Part shown: positions 1 to 6,170 of the stretch, piece by piece
How positions within the stretch are numbered: position 1 is the first letter of the stretch
Layout: each line of letters starts with the position of its first letter
Assembly (NCBI GenBank): GCA_039818905.1
Contig: JBCBTA010000001.1
Span: 1-33,941 of the forward strand
Source of the DNA: Planctomycetota bacterium
Lineage (GTDB): Bacteria > Planctomycetota > Phycisphaerae > Phycisphaerales > UBA1924
Reading direction: 5' to 3'
Length of the DNA: 33,941 nucleotides
The notes under the pieces: model-generated
What the model saw: only the letters and a program-made list of their open reading frames with translations
Told to the model about the DNA's origin: nothing
Database searches by the model: none
Made by a program: the position numbers and the translations under genes

Positions 1-187
1 CCGTTGATCTCGCGCTCTGGGACATCAAGGGCAAGGCGCTGAACACGCCGGTGTACAACCTCTTCGAGTTCCAGCCCCGACGCGTGGCCATACACCAGGG
101 CGCCTTCGCGGCTGCGCCCGCCGAGGAGGTTGTACACCGGCGTGTTCAGCGCCTTGCCCTTGATGTCCCAGAGCGCGAGATCAACGG
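1..187. repeat. Perfect 62-bp inverted repeat (arms 1-62 and 126-187, 63-nt spacer) at the window/contig edge
   Basis: Reverse complement of 1-62 (ccgttgatctcgcgctctgggacatcaagggcaaggcgctgaacacgccggtgtacaacctc) is identical to 126-187. Checked base by base. It lies inside a coding sequence. Confidence 0.95.
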
Positions 188-449
188 CACCAATGGCCGC
201 CATGGTGACCGGTCCCCGACGCCAATACGCACCGCGGTAGAGATACTGCCACATGTCTTCGATCTTGCTGGCGTCGCGTCCGATGAGGCACGGCACCAGA
301 TGATCCTCGAGATAGCTGGCGACGGACAGTTCACGCCCATTCAACGTGCAGTCACCGAGACCGGTGATCCCCTCGTCGGTGTAGATCTTGAGCGTGACGA
401 AGTTTCGTCCGGGGCTCGTCACGAAGACTTTGGCATCGGTGATCTTCAA
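1..449 (-). CDS. manD: D-mannonate dehydratase-like enolase-superfamily enzyme (ManD subgroup), truncated at window edge
   Basis: Own minus-strand translation from TTG 449-447, with GGAGAAGGAG 6 nt upstream. It gives (M)[124 protein letters not shown], the conserved ManD N-terminal region. It is absent from the ORF track because it runs off the window. Only 63-449 is trustworthy, since 1-62 is the fold-back copy. Confidence 0.85.
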   Translation of the reverse strand, partial: MKITDAKVFVTSPGRNFVTLKIYTDEGITGLGDCTLNGRELSVASYLEDHLVPCLIGRDASKIEDMWQYLYRGAYWRRGPVTMAAIGAVDLALWDIKGKALNTPVYNLLGGRSREGALVYGHASGLELEEVVHRRVQRLALDVPEREIN

Positions 450-452
450 CCG

Positions 453-1349
453 TCACTCCTTCTCCGAGTGCTGTGTCGAGTTGCCGGCGGAGCCGACGCC
501 GGCATGCTCCATGCATTCCAGGATCGATCGGGCCGTCATGCGGGCCGCTTCGCTTGTCTCAGTCGTCTGCCATCGCGGGTGTGTCGGCTCGGCGCAGATG
601 GGCCCGTCGTATCCAATCTCGGCGAGGGACCGCAGGAAGGTGGTCATGTCGATGATGCCGGAGAGTCCGGGCAGCTCACGCTGCGTCACTACCTGCTGCT
701 CCACGGGCACACCGGCGATGAGATCGCAGACATGGACCGAGACAACTTGCTCCGGCCGCAGCGCTCGCAGGTCCGCGGCGGACTCGTCAGCGCAGTGCCA
801 ATGGAAGCTGTCGAGCATGACACCCACATTGGATGCCGCGACGGCATCGAGCAGCTGCAGCATTCCCCGGAGGTCGTAGACGAACTGATGCTTCATCGGG
901 GCCCGGCGCGTCAGCGGTGAGACGTACTCCAGACCGAAGACCATGCCGAAGTCGCCGATGATGGACGCAATCGCCTCGATCCGACGCACGTGTTCGGCGA
1001 AGTTTTCGTCGAACGCAAGGCTGTCGCTCCCGGGAACGACGACGGAGGTCGCGCGACTGTAGCCGAGCTGACGCGCGATCCGAGCACGGCGCGGGACTTC
1101 GCACAGGTCGGCCTCCCACTGCTCCGCAGTGACATCCATCTTCATGGGCCCGATGGAGCAGTAGCCCGGCTTCAGTCCCGCGGCATCGAACGCCTCGGCG
1201 AGCGCTTCAGGGTTGAGCCGCTCGATCTCGTCCGCGAACCGATTGATCCGCATATCGATACCCTCGAACCCTGCGCGGGCCGCGATGGGAACCGACTCCG
1301 CCGGGCCGGCAGCGATGCCGATCAGATCTGGCATGAGGCTGGCAAACAC
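453..1349 (-). CDS. Sugar phosphate isomerase/epimerase (xylose-isomerase-like TIM barrel)
   Basis: 298-aa ORF with GTG start. The composition and motifs (FGLEYVSP, LDSFHWH, ELPGLSGIIDM) are typical of AP-endonuclease-2/xylose-isomerase-like TIM barrels. Its stop lies 3 nt before the manD start. Confidence 0.75.
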   Translation of the reverse strand: MFASLMPDLIGIAAGPAESVPIAARAGFEGIDMRINRFADEIERLNPEALAEAFDAAGLKPGYCSIGPMKMDVTAEQWEADLCEVPRRARIARQLGYSRATSVVVPGSDSLAFDENFAEHVRRIEAIASIIGDFGMVFGLEYVSPLTRRAPMKHQFVYDLRGMLQLLDAVAASNVGVMLDSFHWHCADESAADLRALRPEQVVSVHVCDLIAGVPVEQQVVTQRELPGLSGIIDMTTFLRSLAEIGYDGPICAEPTHPRWQTTETSEAARMTARSILECMEHAGVGSAGNSTQHSEKE

Positions 1350-1370
1350 TGGTGTGCTCTCACTCCTGCT

Positions 1371-2441
1371 TCAGTGAATCCCGGCAAACTGCTCACGGCA
1401 TCGATCAAGGATCTGGACGTACCGATACGCACTCTCAGGCGTCACCGTCAGCGCCGATCCGGTTCGAATCGCGCCGTAGACATCGCTGTAAAACATGGCC
1501 GGCGGCGTCGGAATGCCCTCCGGGTGACGCCACTCGTGCAACTCCCACGAGAAGGTCTCCGCCGGGTAGCGACGCCCTTCGGCGGGCCCCAGGTCAAGCT
1601 CGCGATCCGGCATCGTTGCCCAATCGACGGTCTTCCACTGCAGGTGCTCGGTGGTGCCGATCAGCCCCCCAGCAGTCCCCATGATGTGCCAGCGGTCCTG
1701 CTCGAACGCGGAGGCATTGGTGAGCTCGATGTCGATCGTCGGCCCGTCCGGACGCCGAAGGACCAGCTTCATGTGCTCGTCTGCATCACCCAGCGACAGT
1801 CCCCGTCGCAGGTCGAGGAAGATGTCCGGCTCGCCATCGCCGAGAAGGCCCAGCGCCTGATCGAGCAGGTGCGTGCCGTTGTTGAACAGTGCGCCCCCAC
1901 CAAACTTCCGCATCGCCTGCCAATCCCAACGACGCGAGAACTTGTGCCAGCACATGCGGATCTGCAGCACCTCGCCCAGCGCGCCAGAGTGCACGATCTC
2001 CAGCACCTTCTGGTAGTGCGGCTCGTAGCGTCGGTTCTGGAAGGGCGCCAGCACCAGATCGGCACGGTGCGCAGCATCCAGCATCGCGCCCGCATCCTGC
2101 GCGCTGAGCGCGAATGGCTTTTCGCAGACCACGTGCTTTCCCGCCTCGAGTGCGGCGATCGTCTGCTGGGTGTGTACATGGCTGGGCGATGCGACGACGA
2201 CCAGCTCAATCTGATCGTCATCGATGATGCGCTGAAAGTCCGACTCAACGCGCCACGACGTCTCTGATCCCGCTTCCGCGCGACGTTCCTCGTCCGGATC
2301 GCACACCGCGTCCACGATGAAGTGCTCGGATGCCGCACGCAGCGCCTTGGCGTGGATGTTCCAGCCGGCACGGCCCAGCCCGACGACGGCCGTCCGCACC
2401 GGGTGGATCGATGCGCCATTTTGTTCGACATGCCCACGCAT
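1371..2441 (-). CDS. Gfo/Idh/MocA family oxidoreductase
   Basis: N-terminal Rossmann motif VRTAVVGLGRAGWNIH and the EKP motif (HVVCEKPFA). ATG 2441 is preferred because AGAGAGG sits 7 nt upstream. The track start at 2513 would overlap the upstream gene by 28 nt. Confidence 0.85.
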   Translation of the reverse strand: MRGHVEQNGASIHPVRTAVVGLGRAGWNIHAKALRAASEHFIVDAVCDPDEERRAEAGSETSWRVESDFQRIIDDDQIELVVVASPSHVHTQQTIAALEAGKHVVCEKPFALSAQDAGAMLDAAHRADLVLAPFQNRRYEPHYQKVLEIVHSGALGEVLQIRMCWHKFSRRWDWQAMRKFGGGALFNNGTHLLDQALGLLGDGEPDIFLDLRRGLSLGDADEHMKLVLRRPDGPTIDIELTNASAFEQDRWHIMGTAGGLIGTTEHLQWKTVDWATMPDRELDLGPAEGRRYPAETFSWELHEWRHPEGIPTPPAMFYSDVYGAIRTGSALTVTPESAYRYVQILDRCREQFAGIH

Positions 2442-2485
2442 GAATGAACCTCTCTTGCTGTGTAGCCGTCGTCTGAACCCCGGAA

Positions 2486-3475
2486 TCAGCGAGTCCGCGG
2501 CGGACTCGCCCACATATCGATACTCGGCCCCATCTTCTGCTTCACCTCTTCCGTCGCAGCGTCCAGACGATCAATCGTCTCCTGCGACAGCTGAAGATCC
2601 GCCGCGGCAATGTTGCGCTGCACGCTCTTCGCCGTCGAGGCACCGACCAGAGCCGCGGTGACACCCGGTCTGCTGAGGAGCCACGCGATCGCCACATCAG
2701 CCATCGGTCTGTCGATCGACTCGGCGATGTCCCGGACCGAGCGCAGCGCGGCAAAGGTCGCGCTCTCGCACCCCGGCTCACCGTGCCGTGCCTCGGGCCG
2801 ATCGCCCCTGAAGTGACGCGTCCGAGCCTTGCCGCTCGGGACGTCGTCAGCCGCCTCGTACGCACCGGCCAGAAGACCCTGCGCGATCGGGCTGTAGCAG
2901 AGGATGCCGATGTCATGCTCGACGCACGCCTGCTGCGTCCCGAACTCAGGCCCGCGCGCGATGAGGCTGTAGGCGAACTGATTGGTGATCACGGGCCCGA
3001 TGCCGAGCCACTCCTCGAGATCCAGAGGTCCGAAGTTGCACACGCCGATCGTGCGAACCTTGCCCTGCTGGACGAGCTTCTCCATCGCCCGCACCGTCTC
3101 TTCGAGTGGCACCACGCGCTTGGGCCAGTGGATCTGATACAGATCGATGAAGTCGGTGCCGAGGCTCTTGAGGCTGTGTTCGCACTCGGAGAGAACCTCG
3201 CTCTCGGAGAGATCGCCCGCCTTGGGCTTGCTGGCGATCACGACCTTGTCCCGCACATCGGCCAGCGCCTTGCCGAGCAACTCCTCACTTTCGCCGTCGC
3301 CGTAGGCACGAGCAGTGTCAAAGAAGTTGATGCCTGCGTCGAAGGCAGCACGAATGGTGTCCACGGCCTGCTGTTCCGCAAGACCGGGATAGGTCTGGCT
3401 CGCCACGGTGCTCATGCAACCGAAGGCGAGACGACTGACCGGGAGATCGATGCCATTGAGCTTGGTGTACTGCAT
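2486..3475 (-). CDS. Aldo/keto reductase
   Basis: 329 aa. AKR signatures LAFGCM, INFFDTARAYGDGESEELLGKAL and GVCNF. Only 6 nt separate it from the upstream lyase stop. Confidence 0.9.
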   Translation of the reverse strand: MQYTKLNGIDLPVSRLAFGCMSTVASQTYPGLAEQQAVDTIRAAFDAGINFFDTARAYGDGESEELLGKALADVRDKVVIASKPKAGDLSESEVLSECEHSLKSLGTDFIDLYQIHWPKRVVPLEETVRAMEKLVQQGKVRTIGVCNFGPLDLEEWLGIGPVITNQFAYSLIARGPEFGTQQACVEHDIGILCYSPIAQGLLAGAYEAADDVPSGKARTRHFRGDRPEARHGEPGCESATFAALRSVRDIAESIDRPMADVAIAWLLSRPGVTAALVGASTAKSVQRNIAAADLQLSQETIDRLDAATEEVKQKMGPSIDMWASPPRTR

Positions 3476-3481
3476 CGCGAC

Positions 3482-4774
3482 TCAGCGCTCCCCTCGAACG
3501 TCATGATGATGGGCCGGGAGCACCAGGTCGATCCAGCACAAATCGTCGGGCGGCGCAGGAAGTTCATCAAGCATGCGCTCGAACTCCGGCTCATCGTACA
3601 TGCGCGCTGCGCGCCGGAGCGTCTGGTAGTACATGCCGTACTTCCGTGGCTTGATCTGCTGGTAGGGCCACTCAATCTCGCCCGTGAGATACGGGGAGAC
3701 CCAATCCAATGCCTGCCGAATGCTGCGGCCATCCTCGGTCTCGTAGGTGATCAGATCGACACCGACATGCTTGCCATAGGAAGCGAGATCCATCATGCCG
3801 CGAAGGTTGAAGTCGCAGTAGTGCAGCGCCTGGGTGCGCGTCAGCTCATGTGGCTGTGTGCCGTCCGGCTCGATCTGCCACGCGATGCGCTCCTTCAGAC
3901 TCTCGCACATCTCCTTGGCGACATCGTCGCGGCCGGCAAAGAGTGAGTACAGCGCAACCTGGGCGGCGTACCACGTGCCGTGGTTGTTCCGAGCCGCTCG
4001 TTCCTTCTGCCCCAGGTCGCTGGTCAGCAGCCAATCGACGAACTCGCTGAACCACTGCTGCGTGGCCTTGTGATCCTCCTCGGACCAGTGCGGCGAGCCC
4101 CTGAACAGGAGAATCGCATCGGGAGTCCAGCGCAGGCGATTGGTATCGATGATGCCGACCGGACGCCCGTCAGCAACACCCGGGACGAATTGCGCGTAGC
4201 GCAGATGAGGATTCATGCGGGTGTCCGGATCGACGAACCATGCGCGGGCATGTGCCGCACCATGCTCGGCATAGCGCTCATCTCCTGTGATGAAGTAGGC
4301 AAAGCCGAGCACACGGATGGCGTAGCCGACATCCGAGAGCTTGGGGGTGTCGTACTCGTAGCGCTCCGGATTGACCTCGCCGTCGCGGCGGAAGTACGGG
4401 CCGTCGGGATCATCGGGGTTCGGCCACCAGTACGGGCTCAGCGAGACGTAGTCCTGCGGATCACCGCTGGGCGCGAAGCGTGTCTTGCCCTCGGGGATGG
4501 GGCGAACGGGCTTCTCTTCGATGGTGCTGTCCGCCAACTCGATCAAGGTGCGCACTGCGTCGCGGAGCTGCGGATCACCCTCCCGAATCCGGGCGACGAC
4601 GTCTGCCCGATCACGGTGATCGATGAGGAATCCGACCCGTTCGCCATCCATCTGGTAAAACGGTTCACCAGCACTGGCACCGCCCAGGGTGACAAAGAGA
4701 CCTAAACACGCTACCAGAAGGATCTTATGAGGCCATTTTCCGCTGCGTCCGGATGTGCTCGTGTGTCTGCTCAT
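3482..4774 (-). CDS. Secreted alginate-lyase-like polysaccharide lyase (PL5/AlgL-type alpha/alpha toroid)
   Basis: 430 aa. The N-terminal signal peptide is KILLVACLGLFVTLGGASA. AlgL-like motifs are NNHGTWY (AlgL has NNHSYW) and DGTQPHELTRTQALHY. This is the first gene of the minus-strand operon. Confidence 0.8.
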   Translation of the reverse strand: MSRHTSTSGRSGKWPHKILLVACLGLFVTLGGASAGEPFYQMDGERVGFLIDHRDRADVVARIREGDPQLRDAVRTLIELADSTIEEKPVRPIPEGKTRFAPSGDPQDYVSLSPYWWPNPDDPDGPYFRRDGEVNPERYEYDTPKLSDVGYAIRVLGFAYFITGDERYAEHGAAHARAWFVDPDTRMNPHLRYAQFVPGVADGRPVGIIDTNRLRWTPDAILLFRGSPHWSEEDHKATQQWFSEFVDWLLTSDLGQKERAARNNHGTWYAAQVALYSLFAGRDDVAKEMCESLKERIAWQIEPDGTQPHELTRTQALHYCDFNLRGMMDLASYGKHVGVDLITYETEDGRSIRQALDWVSPYLTGEIEWPYQQIKPRKYGMYYQTLRRAARMYDEPEFERMLDELPAPPDDLCWIDLVLPAHHHDVRGER

Positions 4775-4807
4775 CGCTCACCTTGTGGGATGTTCAATTC
4801 GGCATGT

Positions 4808-4820
4808 TTGTGCTGCACAA
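4808..4820. promoter_or_regulatory. Candidate operator palindrome TTGTGC-T-GCACAA in the divergent lyase/lacI control region
   Basis: Six-nt arms are exact reverse complements, 34-46 nt upstream of the PL5 start codon. The half-site TGCACAAT recurs at 4943-4950. A second palindrome, GAACA-A-TGTTC, lies at 4922-4932. Confidence 0.3.
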
Positions 4821-4979
4821 TACTGCCGATACGTCACCAAAGAAGAGAACTCTCGTCATCCAAAGTACCCTAAATCGGCCTCTATGTCCGGGAAATGGGC
4901 GAACGGTTTTCAAATATGTGCGAACAATGTTCCTTGCATGGGTGCACAATGCGCCATAGATTCCACACGGAGGCACGCC

Positions 4980-6098
4980 GTGTCCATCGTTGAAGTTGCC
5001 AAAACAGCCGGTCTCTCGCACTCGACCGTCTCTCGGGTCATCAACAACCGACCCGGCGTCTCCCCGGAGGCTGCTAAAGCGGTTTACCGTGCGATGGAAC
5101 AGCTCGGATACACGCCGCCGGCCAAGCGCCGCGGCCGCCGCCCCCGGGGACAGGATGGAATCACGACCGGCAACGTCGCCGTGCTCATGGTGGGAACCGA
5201 CGCGATGTTCGCACGGGCACCGGTCACGGCGGCGGTCTTCCACTCGCTCGAGAAGAGCCTGACCGAACGTGGCTTCAACGTGCTGGTCGCGCAGGTGGGT
5301 CCGGAACTCCGGATGCCGCCGGATGTCGTCCAGGGGCGGGTCGATGGCCTGCTGCTGCACGGCTACGGCCCCAGCGTAGAGATGCGCGAGCGCCTGAGTC
5401 ACATTCCCAGCGTCTGGGTCCTGAGCCAGCGGGCCATGCACGGCTACTGGGGCGATCGCGTGACCCCGGACAACGAGATGATTGGGCGCATGGCGGCGGA
5501 GCGTCTGTTCCGGCGCGGCCACCAGCACGTCGGCTACATGCGGACGCGCGAGACGCACCTGGGCTTCCGCGCTCGCGAAGAGGCATTCACAGCGACGATC
5601 GCCGAGTTTGGCGGGCGCGCGACTGTCTTCGCGGATGCGTCGAGCTCGCTCAATGCCGTGACGCGCGACGATCCGAATGCCCATGAGGTTCAGGATCTCG
5701 TGGCCCAGTTCGCGGCATGTGCCGAGCGGCCGACCGGCGTCTTCGTGCCGCGCGATCGACTCACGATCGGCGTGTATCGCGTCCTGCGCCGCATGGGAAT
5801 CGAGCCGGGCCGCGACGTCGAGGTGATGTCGTGCGACAACGAGCCGATCCTCGAGGCACTGGATCCGCGCCCCACAACGCTGGACGTGCACCCCGAGCTG
5901 ATCGGCCGCCGCGCTGTCGAGCAGCTTGTGTGGCGCATGGGCCACGCTGCCGAGCGGACCAGATCAACCATCGTTGTTGAACCGAGATTGGTTGTTGGCG
6001 ATGAGCCCGACGCCGCGGCACTTCGCGCGCTCGGGGTCGAGCCAACTGAGCTTGTGAACAGATCGGATGAATCGCAGGGCGACGATCGACTCCCGTGA
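4980..6098 (+). CDS. LacI family transcriptional regulator
   Basis: HTH motif VSIVEVAKTAGLSHSTVSRVINNRPGVSPEAAKAVYRAMEQLGYTP followed by a periplasmic-binding-protein-like core. GTG 4980 is chosen because GGAGG lies 6 nt upstream. The track ORF extends in frame upstream to 4755 without supporting signals. Confidence 0.9.
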   Translation: MSIVEVAKTAGLSHSTVSRVINNRPGVSPEAAKAVYRAMEQLGYTPPAKRRGRRPRGQDGITTGNVAVLMVGTDAMFARAPVTAAVFHSLEKSLTERGFNVLVAQVGPELRMPPDVVQGRVDGLLLHGYGPSVEMRERLSHIPSVWVLSQRAMHGYWGDRVTPDNEMIGRMAAERLFRRGHQHVGYMRTRETHLGFRAREEAFTATIAEFGGRATVFADASSSLNAVTRDDPNAHEVQDLVAQFAACAERPTGVFVPRDRLTIGVYRVLRRMGIEPGRDVEVMSCDNEPILEALDPRPTTLDVHPELIGRRAVEQLVWRMGHAAERTRSTIVVEPRLVVGDEPDAAALRALGVEPTELVNRSDESQGDDRLP

Positions 6099-6170
6099 GT
6101 CGGTGCGCCTTGGAGAGAGACCAGCCCAACGGAGTGGGATTGAGCGGCTTTGCTTGCGAGGAGACGAATC

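Noticed and set aside
51-920. 289-aa plus-strand ORF spanning the manD/TIM-barrel junction
   Set aside because: It runs antisense to two genes that have clear family motifs. Its product is Arg/Gly/His-rich with no motif. This is a typical high-GC shadow ORF.
990-2267. 425-aa plus-strand ORF. The same applies to 2783-3946 (+), 4794-5945 (-) and 5690-6679 (-)
   Set aside because: All are antisense to confidently recognised genes (Gfo/Idh/MocA, AKR/PL5, LacI, repeat protein). Their compositions are Arg/Pro/Ala-rich and low-complexity, they have no RBS, and stop codons are simply rare in GC-rich antisense frames.
4700-4774. Possible lipobox (L-V-A-C) in the PL5 lyase leader
   Set aside because: The Cys sits in the middle of the hydrophobic core (ILLVACLGLFVTLGGASA) rather than at its end. 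A signal peptidase I site after ASA is more consistent. This cannot be settled without a predictor.
4755-4979. 75-codon upstream extension of the LacI ORF
   Set aside because: The HTH begins immediately after GTG 4980, which has a perfect GGAGG RBS. The extension would consume the whole divergent promoter region and encodes no plausible domain.
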